DNA of 64,000 nt. Source: an uncultured delta proteobacterium (lineage in GTDB: Bacteria; Myxococcota_A; Polyangia; Polyangiales; Houyiibacteriaceae). The position numbers and the translations under genes are program-made. Where the stretch lies: the NCBI GenBank assembly GCA_963699755.1, contig CAVOVB010000007.1, positions 224,001 through 288,000 on the forward strand, in the 5' to 3' direction. The number at the start of each line of letters is the position of its first letter. Within the stretch, counting starts at the first letter, position 1. Shown here piece by piece: positions 18,310-29,071 of this stretch. A model generated the notes under the pieces. The model did not search any database and was not told the DNA's origin. It saw only the letters and a list, made by a program, of their open reading frames with translations.

Positions 18310-20702
18310 CCGCGCCGGAGCCAGTCGTCTGCGAAGTTCCTGCGGCGCACTCGATGCCGGCGGTGCCGCGCTGCGTTCACTGCGCGCAGCCGATGGTGAA
18401 CGAGAGCTTTGCACCATACTGCTGTCGCGGTTGCCGCGCCGTCCACGGGATCCTCACCAACGCCGGGCTGACGCGCTACTACGACCTGCGCCGCGGACCG
18501 GGCCTTCCTCCGGCAGATCTCGAGTCCCGCCGAATCGACCACAAATGGCTTGAGCTCATCGAAGAAGAGCGGGCCGGAGAGTCTGGGGTCAGCCGCGTCG
18601 CGCTCGACATTCAAGGAATCCACTGTGCTGCCTGCGTCTGGCTGATCGAGGAGCTCTTCAGACGCCATGGAGGCACACGAACCGGCCTCATGTCGATCAA
18701 CCCCGCGCTCGGCCGCGTCGAGCTCCGCGTCTCGCCGGAGTTTCCGCTTTCCGATTGGGTCGATTCGGTGGAGGACCTCGGATACCTTCTCGGCCCCGCC
18801 CGATCGACCGGCGCCAGGGCTTCGGACGACCTGCTCATGCGCGTCGGCATCTGTGCCGCGCTCGCGGCAAACGTGATGCTCTTTGGCGCTGCGATGTACC
18901 TGGGCCTTCGCGAAGGCCCGATCTACGAGCTGCTCAACCAGCTCAGCTACGCGGCCGGTGTCCTGGCGGTTCTCGTCGGAGGCTCGGTTTTCATCGGGTC
19001 TGCCTTCCGCGCGGTTCGGAGCCGCGTCCTGCACCTGGACGTGCCGATTGCGCTCGGCATCGTCCTCGCCTTCGCAGGCTCTACCTATTCATTCTTCTTT
19101 GCCTCCGGACAGGCCGCCTACATCGACACGCTGACCGTATTCGTGGCACTCATGCTGGTCGGCCGCTGGCTTCAGCAACGCATGCTCGAACGTAATCGCG
19201 CCCAACTTCTCGCCGACGACGGCACCGAGAGCTTGCTGACACGGGAGATCAAAGATGGGGTCGTGCGCATCGTGCATTGTATCGGTATCCAAAAGGGAGA
19301 CCGCTTGCTGATCGCGCCCGGCGATTTGGTTCCGGTGGATCTCCGTGTACTCGACCAGGCAGCGAGTTGCTCCCTCGACTGGATCGACGGGGAAAGTCGC
19401 CCGCGCCGCTTTGGCAATGGAGCTGTCGTCCCGGCCGGTGCCTTCAACGTCGGGGAGCGGGCGTTTTCTGGGATCGCAACGACCGACTTCGCCTCATCGT
19501 CGCTCGTGGGATTGCTCGGTCGGGACCCGGCTTCCAAGGGCGATGGTCCATTGGCCACACCTTGGTGGTCGCAGCTTTCGCGCTTCTACGTGCTTGGCGT
19601 CGTGACCCTTGCCGCGGCGGGAATCGGCTATTGGTGGTGGCGAACCGGGGAGCCGCTCTTCGCGATCGAGGTGGGCACGGCGGTCTTGGTCGTGACCTGC
19701 CCCTGCGCGTTCGGAATTGCCGCGCCCTTGGCCTACGAGCTCGTGCTCACCCAGCTGCGCCGCGCCGGCATCTTCGTGCGCGTCGGGGACTTCCTCGATC
19801 GGGTGCGCGGGGTGAAACACATCGTGTTCGACAAGACCGGAACGCTCACCACGGGCTCTCTGGAGGTCGCCAATCCTGTCGCCCTCGAAACACTATCGGA
19901 TGAGCAAATCACCCTCCTCTACAACATGGCAGCACGAAGCGCGCATCCAAAGAGCGTCGCCGTCCGGCGCGCCCTCGAAGGGCACCAGGCGGCACATTTC
20001 ATCGAGCTCGAGGTCGACGAGCAAACCGGGTATGGCACGAGCGCTAGGACCGACGGTCGAGAGCTGAGGCTGGGTTCACCCGACTGGGCCGCCAAGGTGG
20101 CTGCGGAAGACGGCGACGTGGTCTTCTCGATCGATGGCAAAGCCCTCGCCCTCCTCCGGAGCGACGAGCAACTGCGCCCCGGCGCCCGGGCGGAAATCGA
20201 CAAGCTCGTGGGCGACGGCTACGAGCTCGCGATCTTGAGCGGGGATTCGCCTTCGCGGGTCGTGAGCCTCGGCGCGAGCCTGGGCATGGCGGAGGAAATC
20301 TGCGTCGGCGGTCACAACCCCGAGCAAAAGGCGGCGTACGTCCGGGCGCACGACCCGGCACGGACTTTGCTCGTGGGCGACGGCTTGAACGACCAGGTTG
20401 CCATGCGAGAGGCCGCCTGCTCGGGCACACCTGCAGTGAATCGGCCGTTCATGGCTTCACGATGTGATTTTTACTTCGTGTCCCCGGGCTTGCACCCGGT
20501 GGCGCAAGTTTTGCGCGCGTCCGGCATGCTCGCGCATGTCGTGCGCCGGATCCTTGCCTTCGCAATTGCTTACAATCTGGTCGCCGTATCTCTCGCGTTG
20601 GCCGGTTTGATGCGGCCGTGGGTCGCAGCTGTGCTAATGCCGCTCAGCTCGCTGATCACGCTCGCGTACACGGTGATGATGTTGTCGCGAAAGAGGCTCT
20701 GA
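18306..20702 (+). CDS. ccoI: CcoI/FixI-type Cu-transporting P1B ATPase
   Basis: CVHC...CCRGC, IHCAAC, TCPCA, DKTGT, GDGLND; GTGA overlap start inferred. Confidence 0.9.
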   Translation: MTAPEPVVCEVPAAHSMPAVPRCVHCAQPMVNESFAPYCCRGCRAVHGILTNAGLTRYYDLRRGPGLPPADLESRRIDHKWLELIEEERAGESGVSRVALDIQGIHCAACVWLIEELFRRHGGTRTGLMSINPALGRVELRVSPEFPLSDWVDSVEDLGYLLGPARSTGARASDDLLMRVGICAALAANVMLFGAAMYLGLREGPIYELLNQLSYAAGVLAVLVGGSVFIGSAFRAVRSRVLHLDVPIALGIVLAFAGSTYSFFFASGQAAYIDTLTVFVALMLVGRWLQQRMLERNRAQLLADDGTESLLTREIKDGVVRIVHCIGIQKGDRLLIAPGDLVPVDLRVLDQAASCSLDWIDGESRPRRFGNGAVVPAGAFNVGERAFSGIATTDFASSSLVGLLGRDPASKGDGPLATPWWSQLSRFYVLGVVTLAAAGIGYWWWRTGEPLFAIEVGTAVLVVTCPCAFGIAAPLAYELVLTQLRRAGIFVRVGDFLDRVRGVKHIVFDKTGTLTTGSLEVANPVALETLSDEQITLLYNMAARSAHPKSVAVRRALEGHQAAHFIELEVDEQTGYGTSARTDGRELRLGSPDWAAKVAAEDGDVVFSIDGKALALLRSDEQLRPGARAEIDKLVGDGYELAILSGDSPSRVVSLGASLGMAEEICVGGHNPEQKAAYVRAHDPARTLLVGDGLNDQVAMREAACSGTPAVNRPFMASRCDFYFVSPGLHPVAQVLRASGMLAHVVRRILAFAIAYNLVAVSLALAGLMRPWVAAVLMPLSSLITLAYTVMMLSRKRL

Positions 20703-20902
20703 TGGAGATCTTGATCTTACTGATTTTCATTTGCGTAATACTGGTTGGCGTCGCGGTAGCGTTCTTCGCGTGGACCGTGCGGCAAGGGACTTTCGATCAG
20801 GCCGATCGCCTTGCCCTGCTCCCGCTTGACGATGAAAAGCCCATGACCCCAACGACGGAGAGGGAAGAGGACGAGTATGGAAACCCAGCGGATCGTTTAT
20901 AA
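20702..20902 (+). CDS. ccoS: cbb3 oxidase maturation protein CcoS
   Basis: MEILILLI...[11 protein letters not shown]...LLPLDD; position between ccoI and ccoN. Confidence 0.88.
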   Translation: MEILILLIFICVILVGVAVAFFAWTVRQGTFDQADRLALLPLDDEKPMTPTTEREEDEYGNPADRL

Positions 20903-23222
20903 CGACAAGGTCGTCCGCCAGTTCTTGTGGGCGTCGGTGCTGTTCGGCATCGTCGGCATGCTGGTGGGGATCGTCATCGCGCTGCAGTTGGCCTGGTGGC
21001 CGGCGAACCTGCCACCGTATTTGTCCTTCGGCCGTCTGCGGCCTTTGCACACCAACGCCGTCATCTTCGCGTTCGTAGGCAACATGCTCTTCGCGGGCAT
21101 CTACTATTCGACGCAGCGATTGGTCAAAGCGCGCCTCGCGTCGAACATCTTGTCGTCGATCCACTTCTGGGGCTGGCAGCTCATCATCGTCGCGGCGGCG
21201 ATCACCCTCCCACTCGGCATCACCGCGGCCAAGGAGTACGCAGAGCTCGAATGGCCGATCGACATTGCGATCGCCGTCATCTGGGTCGTCTTCGCGGTGA
21301 ACTTCTTTTGGACGCTCGCCAAGCGACGCGAGAAGCATTTGTACGTCGCGATCTGGTTCTACATCGCAACGATCATCACCGTTGCGGTGCTGCACATCGT
21401 AAACAGCTTCGAGATCCCGGTCAGCATCTTCAAGAGCTACTCGGTGTTCGCGGGCGTTCAAGATGCGCTCGTGCAGTGGTGGTACGGCCACAACGCGGTC
21501 GCCTTCTTCCTGACGACGCCGATTCTCGGCATCATGTATTACTTTCTTCCGAAGGCTGCCGAACGGCCGGTCTTCTCTTACCGGCTCTCGATCGTTCACT
21601 TCTGGGGCCTCGTCTTCATCTACATCTGGGCGGGCCCTCATCACTTGCTCTACACGGCCTTACCCGACTGGGCGCAGAGCCTCGGCATGGTCTTCAGCTT
21701 GATGCTCTGGGCGCCGAGCTGGGGCGGCATGTTGAATGGCCTCCTCACACTTCGGGGCGCATGGGATAAGCTCCGCACCGACCCCGTCCTGAAGTTCCTC
21801 GCCGCCGGCGTGACCTTCTACGGCATGAGCACCTTCGAAGGGCCGCTCCTCAGCATCAAGAGCGTCAGCGGCCTCGCCCACTACACCGACTGGATCATCG
21901 GTCACGTGCACAGCGGCGCCCTCGGCTGGAACGGCCTCATGGCAGCCGGCATGTTCTACTGGCTGGTTCCGAGGCTCTACGGCACGAAGCTTCGCTCCGT
22001 TTCGGCTGCGAATTTTCATTTCTGGATCGCGACCGTTGGCATCCTCATCTACGCCATTTCGATGTGGGTCGCCGGCATTACACAGGGCCTGATGTGGCGC
22101 GCGGTCAGTGAGACCGGCGGGCTTCTGTACCCGAATTTCGTGGAGACCTACCTCGCGATTCGGCCGATGTACTGGGCGCGCCTCATCGCGGGCCTCCTCT
22201 ACTTCGCAGGCATTGTCTTGATGGCCTGGAACCTCATCGCAACCGCTAGGAGCGGAGCCCCCGTGGACGGCGAGGTCGAAGTTGCAGTGGTCACCGAGCC
22301 TCGGGCCCGCGAGATCCCCTGGCCGAAGCTTCTCTTCGGTCAGCCGGTCATGGCGTCGATCATCGTCATGGCATTGCTCTTCGGGACAGCCCTCTTCGAC
22401 GGCTTGATCAGCACGATCCTCGCCGTCGCTGCGATCATGTGGGCAGTCGCGGCGATTGCCGTGTCGATCCGCAATCGCGCGGACGAGGAGGTTTCCTGGC
22501 ACCACGCAATCGAGGGCCGCGCCGGAATCTTCACCGTCCTGGTCGTCATCGGCATCTTGGTCGGCGGCGTTGCCGAGATCATTCCGATGATCATCTCCGT
22601 CCCCGAGACGATCCGCACCACGAAGAACGTTCCCTACACGCCGCTCGAGCTCGAAGGCCGCGATGTCTTCATTCGGGAAGGTTGCTACACCTGCCACTCG
22701 CAGATGATTCGCCCTTTCACCTGGGAAACCGCTCGCTATGGCGCGGTCTCTACGATGGACGACTCGATTTTCGACCACCCGTTTCAGTGGGGCTCCCGGC
22801 GCATCGGTCCGGACCTGTCGAGGGTCGGGGGCAAATATTCCGACAACTGGCACTACAAGCACATGATCAACCCGCGTGAGCTTTCGCAAGGCTCGAACAT
22901 GCCGCCCTACGCGCATCTCGCGACGGAAACGATCGACTTCGCTGGCACGCAGGTGAAGCTGCGCGCCATGCGGAACATCGGTGTTCCCTACCGGGCAGAT
23001 CAAATTCAGACGGCGGAACAGAGCGCGCAATCCGCGGCATCTGCGATTGCAGCAGGCCTGGCCAAGGACGAAGGCGTTGCCGTCTGCGACGAGCCAACCG
23101 AGGGCTGCGAGCTCGTAGTCAATAGCCGATTGGTCGCGCTCATCTCCTACCTGCAACGTTTGGGTCGTGTGCCCGAAAGCGAAGCCCTCGCCGCGGTCGA
23201 AGCGAAAGAGGTGGCGAAATGA
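20877..23222 (+). CDS. ccoNO: cbb3-type cytochrome c oxidase, fused subunits I and II (CcoNO)
   Basis: [32 protein letters not shown]; then [23 protein letters not shown]. Confidence 0.96.
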   Translation: METQRIVYNDKVVRQFLWASVLFGIVGMLVGIVIALQLAWWPANLPPYLSFGRLRPLHTNAVIFAFVGNMLFAGIYYSTQRLVKARLASNILSSIHFWGWQLIIVAAAITLPLGITAAKEYAELEWPIDIAIAVIWVVFAVNFFWTLAKRREKHLYVAIWFYIATIITVAVLHIVNSFEIPVSIFKSYSVFAGVQDALVQWWYGHNAVAFFLTTPILGIMYYFLPKAAERPVFSYRLSIVHFWGLVFIYIWAGPHHLLYTALPDWAQSLGMVFSLMLWAPSWGGMLNGLLTLRGAWDKLRTDPVLKFLAAGVTFYGMSTFEGPLLSIKSVSGLAHYTDWIIGHVHSGALGWNGLMAAGMFYWLVPRLYGTKLRSVSAANFHFWIATVGILIYAISMWVAGITQGLMWRAVSETGGLLYPNFVETYLAIRPMYWARLIAGLLYFAGIVLMAWNLIATARSGAPVDGEVEVAVVTEPRAREIPWPKLLFGQPVMASIIVMALLFGTALFDGLISTILAVAAIMWAVAAIAVSIRNRADEEVSWHHAIEGRAGIFTVLVVIGILVGGVAEIIPMIISVPETIRTTKNVPYTPLELEGRDVFIREGCYTCHSQMIRPFTWETARYGAVSTMDDSIFDHPFQWGSRRIGPDLSRVGGKYSDNWHYKHMINPRELSQGSNMPPYAHLATETIDFAGTQVKLRAMRNIGVPYRADQIQTAEQSAQSAASAIAAGLAKDEGVAVCDEPTEGCELVVNSRLVALISYLQRLGRVPESEALAAVEAKEVAK

Positions 23223-23404
23223 GTCGACTTGCCGCCGAATTCTTCGAACGAAGCCCCGTGCTGCTCTATCCGCTGCTCGCACTGGCTTTGTTCTTCATCG
23301 TGTTTCTTGTCGTCATCGTTAGCGTCATGCGGATGAAGAAATCCAAGGCGGACGAATACGCACGCATTCCGCTCCAAAAGGAGTCGGAGGTACCACATGA
23401 GTGA
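23219..23404 (+). CDS. ccoQ: cbb3 oxidase subunit CcoQ-like
   Basis: One TM helix, YARIPL tail, position between ccoNO and ccoP. Confidence 0.75.
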   Translation: MSRLAAEFFERSPVLLYPLLALALFFIVFLVVIVSVMRMKKSKADEYARIPLQKESEVPHE

Positions 23405-23969
23405 TGAAAAACGAACCGACGAGATCCAAGGCGAGATCCTGCACGTCTATGACGGCATCGAGGAAGCCGACAACAACCTGCCGATCTGGTGGCTGCTCAC
23501 ATTCTACGGGGCGGTCGCCTTCGGGCTGGTCTACTGGTTCAACTACCACGTGTACGACATTGGGAAGCTGCAACCCGAGATCTATGCCGATGCAGTGGCT
23601 GCCGCAGAAGCGGAGCGCAGCATCGTCACCGACGAGTCCCTCGACGCACTCTCGATGGACGCAACCGCGGTGGCCGCCGGTCAGGCAACCTTCATGGCGC
23701 AATGCGTCGCCTGCCACGATACGCAGGCTCAGGGACGCGTCGGCCTCGGCTCCAACCTCACCGACGAGTATTGGGTGCACGGAGGCGCGCCCACCGACAT
23801 CCACGCGATCGTCACCAACGGCATCGCGGAGAAAGGAATGCCTCCTTGGGCGCCTATCCTAGGCGAGCAAGGCGTGAACCAAGTCGTCGCCTATGTGCTG
23901 ACCCTGCGGAACACGAAGGTCGAGGGCGGCAAGCCTGTCGAAGAGAACGCAAAGCTCTGGGAACCCTGA
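23397..23969 (+). CDS. ccoP: cbb3 oxidase subunit III, short mono-haem form
   Basis: HVYDGIEEADNNLPIWW, single CVACH, NLTDEYWVHGG, GMPPW. Confidence 0.92.
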   Translation: MSDEKRTDEIQGEILHVYDGIEEADNNLPIWWLLTFYGAVAFGLVYWFNYHVYDIGKLQPEIYADAVAAAEAERSIVTDESLDALSMDATAVAAGQATFMAQCVACHDTQAQGRVGLGSNLTDEYWVHGGAPTDIHAIVTNGIAEKGMPPWAPILGEQGVNQVVAYVLTLRNTKVEGGKPVEENAKLWEP

Positions 23970-24013
23970 GGCCAGCTTGCCGGATGGACTTCCGACCCTA
24001 AAGACAGCCGAGG

Positions 24014-25402
24014 ATGACCATAAAGCTGCCCGTCGTTGAAGAACCTGCAAGCTCATTGCGTTCCGACGGCAGTCGCAACTACGTGCATCCAGCCGATGTG
24101 AAAGGCCGGTTCACGCGCCTCCGATACACGATCTTCACAGTCCTGATCGCGATCTACGTTCTGTTGCCCTTCATCAAGATCGGAGGACACCCGGCGGTCT
24201 TTCTCGATATCGTAAACCGGCGTTTCTACTTGTTCGGTGCCGTGTTCAACGCGCAGGACTTCTGGCTCGTGTTCTTCCTGCTGAGCGGCGTGGGCCTGGC
24301 CCTTCTGATCGTCACTGCGGTCAAGGGGCGCTTATGGTGCGGCTACGCCTGCCCGCACACGGTCTTTCTCGAAGGGGTGTTTCGACGTATCGAGCGTCTG
24401 ATAGAAGGGCCGAGAGCCCAGCGGATGCGGCGCAACGCCGCCGGTCTCAGCTTCGACAAAGTCTGGCGCAAGCTGCTCAAGCACGCCGTGTACATCGTGC
24501 TAGCGCTTCTGCTCTCGCACGTGTTCGTCAGCTACTTCGTCTCACTTCCGTCGCTCCTCGAGATGGTGCAGAGCAGCCCCGCCGAGCATCCGACCGCCTT
24601 TACCTGGGTGGTCGTGATGTCGGCCATCCTCTATTTCAACTTCAGTTGGTTCCGCGAGCAGCTCTGTCTGATCATTTGTCCCTACGGCCGTCTCCAGTCG
24701 GCCATGACGGATCGAGACACGATGGTCATCGGCTACGACTTCAACCGAGGCGAACCGCGGGGCAAGGCCAGCGATCCGAGCAACGGCGACTGCGTGGACT
24801 GCAAACGCTGCGTCGTCGTCTGCCCGACCGGCATCGACATCCGCAATGGGCTGCAGATGGAATGCATCGGTTGTGCGGCTTGCGTCGACGCCTGCGATGA
24901 AATCATGACCAAAGTCGGCCGACCGGAGGGTCTGGTTCGCTACGACTCGCTCAATGGACTCGAAGGCAAGCCCAAACACTTCGGAAGGCCTCGCCTGTTC
25001 TTCTACGGGGGGATCGTCGCGCTTTGGCTGCTCGGCGCTACGCTTGCATTTTCGCAAAGCTCCGCGTTCGAAGCCAACGTGCTTCGCCTCGAGGGGGCCC
25101 CGTTCATGGTCGTCGATGGCAAGGTGCGGAACTCTCTGCGGGTGCATCTCGTCAACAAGACCGGCGACGAGCAGACCTTCATCATCGAGCCAGAGTCCGA
25201 AAGCGGCATCGAGTACATCATTCCTCAGAAGCGCATCGAGCTCGAATCGCTCGCCAGCACCTACCTGCCGATTCTCGCCATCCTTCCAGAAGACCAGATG
25301 AGCCCTGGCCTCGAATTGAAGCTCAGCATCTCCATGGAGGGCCGGGACGACCGGAAGGCCAGCCGTGTCGTCGGAGCGCCCTTCGTCGGGCCGAGCCGCT
25401 GA
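24014..25402 (+). CDS. ccoG: cbb3 accessory protein CcoG/FixG
   Basis: GRLWCGYACP, CPYGR, two CxxCxxCxxxC ferredoxin motifs. Confidence 0.95.
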   Translation: MTIKLPVVEEPASSLRSDGSRNYVHPADVKGRFTRLRYTIFTVLIAIYVLLPFIKIGGHPAVFLDIVNRRFYLFGAVFNAQDFWLVFFLLSGVGLALLIVTAVKGRLWCGYACPHTVFLEGVFRRIERLIEGPRAQRMRRNAAGLSFDKVWRKLLKHAVYIVLALLLSHVFVSYFVSLPSLLEMVQSSPAEHPTAFTWVVVMSAILYFNFSWFREQLCLIICPYGRLQSAMTDRDTMVIGYDFNRGEPRGKASDPSNGDCVDCKRCVVVCPTGIDIRNGLQMECIGCAACVDACDEIMTKVGRPEGLVRYDSLNGLEGKPKHFGRPRLFFYGGIVALWLLGATLAFSQSSAFEANVLRLEGAPFMVVDGKVRNSLRVHLVNKTGDEQTFIIEPESESGIEYIIPQKRIELESLASTYLPILAILPEDQMSPGLELKLSISMEGRDDRKASRVVGAPFVGPSR

Positions 25403-25412
25403 AGCCTCGGCG

Positions 25413-25823
25413 TCAGGGTACCGACATCACGATCGCGCCGCTCTTGTGGACGAGCTCGTGCGACACGCTTCCAAGCAAGGTTCGGGCGACTGCGCCCTTC
25501 CCAGTGGTACCGCAGATGATGAGCGGCGCGTCGATCTCACGAGCCAAGGCCACGACCGCGTCGGCTGGATGCCCGGCCACGGCATGACACTGGATTTGAA
25601 GGTCGTCCGCCCTGACGGTCCCACAGGTCCGCATCTCTAGCAGCTGGCGGAGGTCTTCGAGCTCGTTGCTCGCATTCGGGGCTTTGGTTTCGCTCGAGTC
25701 GAGCACCGTCACGATGTGGACCTCCGCATTGAGCTGACGGCCCATGAACACGCCGAGCTCGAAGGCTCGTCGCGCTGGGTCTGAAAAGTCGTACGCCACA
25801 ACCAAACGTGGAATCAATGACAC
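25413..25823 (-). CDS. Universal stress protein
   Basis: VVAYDFS, GTTGKGAVARTLLGSVS. Confidence 0.9.
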   Translation of the reverse strand: MSLIPRLVVAYDFSDPARRAFELGVFMGRQLNAEVHIVTVLDSSETKAPNASNELEDLRQLLEMRTCGTVRADDLQIQCHAVAGHPADAVVALAREIDAPLIICGTTGKGAVARTLLGSVSHELVHKSGAIVMSVP

Positions 25824-25826
25824 GGG

Positions 25827-26306
25827 CTACTCTCCATCCTTCGGCTTGTTGTCACATCGGCCGCGCACCACCAAGACGGGACAGGGTGCATGGCGGACGA
25901 CCCGTTCTGCGACACTTCCGAGGAACGCGCGGGACAGGCCGCTTCGACCATGAGAGCCGAGAATGAGGAGGTCGACCCCCTCGTCCTCGGCCATTTCGAC
26001 CAGGGCTCGACCCGGCGAAGGATGCTGAATCACGCTCAGCTCCACCTCCGGAACCCCTTGGAGCAGCTCGGCTGTCTTGCCCGTGAGAGTGTCGCGAATT
26101 GCATCCTCGATTTCGATTCGAATGCTCCGCTCGAGTAGGTCCGGGCGTGACCAGACCACGGGAGGAACGTTGGGCGTGGGGTCGAACACATGGGTGACGA
26201 GCACGCGGGATTTGAAGGTCTTGGCATAGAGGGCGGCAGCCCGAAGTGCCTCGTCCGAGATGTCGGAGAAATCGGTACCGACGAGAATGGTTTTTGGCTG
26301 GTCCAT
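25827..26306 (-). CDS. Universal stress protein
   Basis: ILVGTDFS, GSHGRSGLSRAFLGSVAERVVRHAPCPVLVV. Confidence 0.93.
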   Translation of the reverse strand: MDQPKTILVGTDFSDISDEALRAAALYAKTFKSRVLVTHVFDPTPNVPPVVWSRPDLLERSIRIEIEDAIRDTLTGKTAELLQGVPEVELSVIQHPSPGRALVEMAEDEGVDLLILGSHGRSGLSRAFLGSVAERVVRHAPCPVLVVRGRCDNKPKDGE

Positions 26307-26333
26307 GATCGTACCCCTCGCTCTCAAGTCACT

Positions 26334-26349
26334 ATCAAGCTTCGTGCCA
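26334..26349 (-). promoter_or_regulatory. Putative sigma54 promoter for the USP pair
   Basis: TGGCACG-AAGC-TTGAT on the minus strand (one mismatch in the -12 element). Confidence 0.55.
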
Positions 26350-26391
26350 GACGAGAGACACGGCTTTCGCGCAGTGAGCATAGCCAAAATG

Positions 26392-26435
26392 ACGCAGGTT
26401 CTGCGAATGTTTCCGATCGGGCGCAGAACTTGCGT
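26392..26435. promoter_or_regulatory. Tandem regulator boxes ACGCA-GGTTC-TGCGA and GCGCA-GAACT-TGCGT
   Basis: Two boxes 29 bp apart between divergent sigma54-like promoters. Confidence 0.75.
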
Positions 26436-26465
26436 GCCGGCAGAGGAGAAATGCTGCTAAACCAT

Positions 26466-26481
26466 TGGCGCGGTCCTTGCA
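26466..26481 (+). promoter_or_regulatory. Putative sigma54 promoter for the hemerythrin operon
   Basis: TGGCGCG-GTCC-TTGCA. Confidence 0.75.
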
Positions 26482-26517
26482 CCGCCTCGAGCTAGCAATG
26501 CCGTACAGGAGGACGAG

Positions 26518-26979
26518 ATGAGCGACGAAGCCTTAATGCCTTCCGAAGTTCGTCGAAAGGTGCTGAGCCAGCACCGGGAAATCGAGCAGATGCTTTCCGA
26601 GCTCGAAGCAGGAGTTGCCAAGCTCGGTGAGGGGGGTGTCGATGCAGCTCAGGTCAAGCGCGCTGCATATGCCCTCCGCGGTATTCTCGAGCTCCATATG
26701 AACTTCGAGGAGGCTCACATGGTGCCTGCCATCGAAGAAGCCGACGGGTTCGGCCCGGAACGGGCCCGCCACCTACACGCCGAGCATGCTGAACAACGCC
26801 GAGAGCTCGACCTTCTGGTAGACGCAATCCGAGAAGCCAGCTCGACCGATGGCCTCGTTTTGAGCGTAACGAGGCTCAGCGAGATGTTGCGGGTCGACAT
26901 CGAGCAGGAAGAGCGCGAGTACGTGAACGAGAAGCTCCTTAGGGACCACCTCATCCCCAGCGACCCGTTCGGAGGCTAG
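26518..26979 (+). CDS. Hemerythrin/HHE-domain protein
   Basis: SQHRE, HMNFEE, EHAEQ helical pattern; AGGAGG RBS; final HxxxEE reads DIEQEE. Confidence 0.8.
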   Translation: MSDEALMPSEVRRKVLSQHREIEQMLSELEAGVAKLGEGGVDAAQVKRAAYALRGILELHMNFEEAHMVPAIEEADGFGPERARHLHAEHAEQRRELDLLVDAIREASSTDGLVLSVTRLSEMLRVDIEQEEREYVNEKLLRDHLIPSDPFGG

Positions 26980-27012
26980 CCAGCCCCCGATCGAGAGGAC
27001 GGAACACGCCAA

Positions 27013-27906
27013 ATGCAAATCAAACAGATCCTTGTCCCCACTGATTTCTCAAAGAACGCGCAGCACGCGGTCACCTACGCCACCGAGCTCGCCAGGCGCT
27101 GCTCGGCCAGGCTCCACCTTTTGCACACCCCCGTCATTCCGACCTATCTGCTGATGGACCTATCGTACAGTCCCGGCCCGGAGGCGGTCACGCGCATCCT
27201 CAACGACTCACAGGATGCCCTCGATGAGCAGGCCAAAGGCCTCGCGGCCGCCGGCGTGGAGTACTTCACCGTGATCCGCGAAGGAACGGTGCACGAAGTG
27301 ATCCGCGACTATGCCAAGGAACACGACGTAGACCTAGTCGTCGTCGGGACGCATGGTCGAACCGGCGTGTCCAAGCTCATGTATGGCAGCGTGACCGAGC
27401 GAGTCATCAAAACAGTCCATACGCCGATCATCGTCATCCCGCCCGATGGCGACAAGATGCCGCGCTCGACCGTCATTGCATACGATTTCTCGGCTCCATC
27501 CAAGCGCGCCGCCGAGGTTGCCGGCGCGATTCACCAGATCTTCGGCGGACCGCTGCACATGGTGCACAGCTATCTCGACGTCTGGGGGGAATACACCGAC
27601 CGTGGCGCGGTGGTCGGAGAGGCGGCCGAAAAGCGTCGCGAGGCGCTCCACCTGGGGCTCGAGGAGATGCTCGAGGCGGAATCCAGGGAGCTGTTTCCGG
27701 GCGACGCGAAAGACATCGAAACCCACCTAGTGACAGGGGACCCCGCCGAGGGTCTTCTCAGGGTTGCCGAAGACGTGGACGCGACACTGATCTGCGCGGG
27801 CACGACGGGCAAGAGTGGCATCGAGCGTCTCCTGATCGGCAGTGTGGCGAGGCGGCTTCTTCACGACAGCAAAGTTCCCTTGCTTCTCACCCACGACGAC
27901 GCTTAA
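27013..27906 (+). CDS. Tandem-domain universal stress protein
   Basis: ILVPTDFS...GTHGRTG...GSV and IAYDFS...GTTGKSG...GSV. Confidence 0.93.
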   Translation: MQIKQILVPTDFSKNAQHAVTYATELARRCSARLHLLHTPVIPTYLLMDLSYSPGPEAVTRILNDSQDALDEQAKGLAAAGVEYFTVIREGTVHEVIRDYAKEHDVDLVVVGTHGRTGVSKLMYGSVTERVIKTVHTPIIVIPPDGDKMPRSTVIAYDFSAPSKRAAEVAGAIHQIFGGPLHMVHSYLDVWGEYTDRGAVVGEAAEKRREALHLGLEEMLEAESRELFPGDAKDIETHLVTGDPAEGLLRVAEDVDATLICAGTTGKSGIERLLIGSVARRLLHDSKVPLLLTHDDA

Positions 27907-27922
27907 GGGCGCAGCACCTTGA

Positions 27923-28759
27923 ATGAGCGCGCGGACGGCGCATGATAGGGGCGTGATGATGGGGCGGCTCATTGCGATGGGGTTGGCGGTTGGGCTCGGA
28001 AGTGGTTGCGACTGCGAGCCGAAGCGCGCGTCCGACGACGGGGAGATGCCAGCCGGCTTCGAGAAAGTTATGCAGGATCATGGCGCGCTGTCGTTCGTCG
28101 CGCGAAACGCTCTAATCCGCGGCGACCTCCCCGTCGCTCGTCAGTCGATGCGTAAGCTCGCGTTTTTCATGGAGCACGTCCCCTTTCCGAAGGAAGGCAA
28201 GGAGTACGCCCGGATCACCCGCGAGCTCGCCACCGAGGTGCGAGAGGCCGGGGACCTCGAGGAGGCGAGCATGGCGTTTGCCAGGCTATCGAACGCGTGC
28301 GGTCAATGCCACCATGCACTCGACCGGGGGCCCCCGATCAAGCTCGATCCGATGCCTGGCGGCGAAGACCTGAAGATGCACATGCGGCGCCACTACTGGG
28401 CGGTCGAGCGGATGTGGGAGGCTTTGCTCAGCGACTCCACGTCGGCGTTCCAAGCGGCGGCCGGCATGCTCGCCGAGTCGCCGCTGCACGGGCCGAAAGA
28501 CCCCAACAGCGAGAACCCTCCTGGCACGACCCGCCTCGCATACGAAGTTCACGACCTCGCATTCGCCGCGGCTGTCGAAGGCAAAGCACGAGAAGACGAA
28601 TACGTGCGAAAGCCAGGCGAGCCCATAGAGGGAAGGCCAACCACACTTGGGCAAGCCGAGATCTTCGGGCGCCTCTTGTTCACCTGCAGCCAGTGCCACG
28701 GCTTGCTGAATGTGACACCAGGCTTGACGCCCGACGAACGCAGCCCGGAGGTGCCATGA
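27923..28759 (+). CDS. Putative dihaem helical cytochrome c lipoprotein (start may be 27953-27959)
   Basis: Lipobox LGSGC; CGQCH and CSQCH each closing a helical repeat. Confidence 0.78.
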   Translation: MSARTAHDRGVMMGRLIAMGLAVGLGSGCDCEPKRASDDGEMPAGFEKVMQDHGALSFVARNALIRGDLPVARQSMRKLAFFMEHVPFPKEGKEYARITRELATEVREAGDLEEASMAFARLSNACGQCHHALDRGPPIKLDPMPGGEDLKMHMRRHYWAVERMWEALLSDSTSAFQAAAGMLAESPLHGPKDPNSENPPGTTRLAYEVHDLAFAAAVEGKAREDEYVRKPGEPIEGRPTTLGQAEIFGRLLFTCSQCHGLLNVTPGLTPDERSPEVP

Positions 28760-29061
28760 GCTCACCACCTCGCATCGTGTTCCTCGTCGGGTTCCTCATG
28801 GCCCTGCCCTCTGCCTGCGCAAGCGGTCGTGTGCGCGGTGGCCAAGGCACCGAAGTGGCCCAAGAGGAAGCCTACGAACCAGCGCAGAAAGTGGAGCCGC
28901 CAACGGGCAACGTCGACAAGACCTCGGGGCCGCTCACACCCATCGATACGTACCCGTTCCTCGAAGTCGATCTCGAACGGCGTCGCCCAGCAGCCGGCCC
29001 GGAGCCGGAGCCAGAACCCGAGCCCCAAACCGAACCCGAACTCCCACACGACCCGGAATAG
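28756..29061 (+). CDS. Small putative lipoprotein with Pro-Glu repeat tail
   Basis: ATGA overlap, GGAGG RBS, LPSAC lipobox-like, PEPEPEPEPQTEPE. Confidence 0.6.
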   Translation: MSSPPRIVFLVGFLMALPSACASGRVRGGQGTEVAQEEAYEPAQKVEPPTGNVDKTSGPLTPIDTYPFLEVDLERRRPAAGPEPEPEPEPQTEPELPHDPE

Positions 29062-29071
29062 ACAAGGTAAG

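Noticed and set aside
21660..23282. Long antisense ORFs (also 1035..2525, 54054..55649 and others)
   Set aside because: Shadow frames of well-supported genes, expected in high-GC DNA; no motifs
28999..29040. Short 6-bp periodic repeat
   Set aside because: Encodes a Pro-Glu linker; not CRISPR or a mobile repeat
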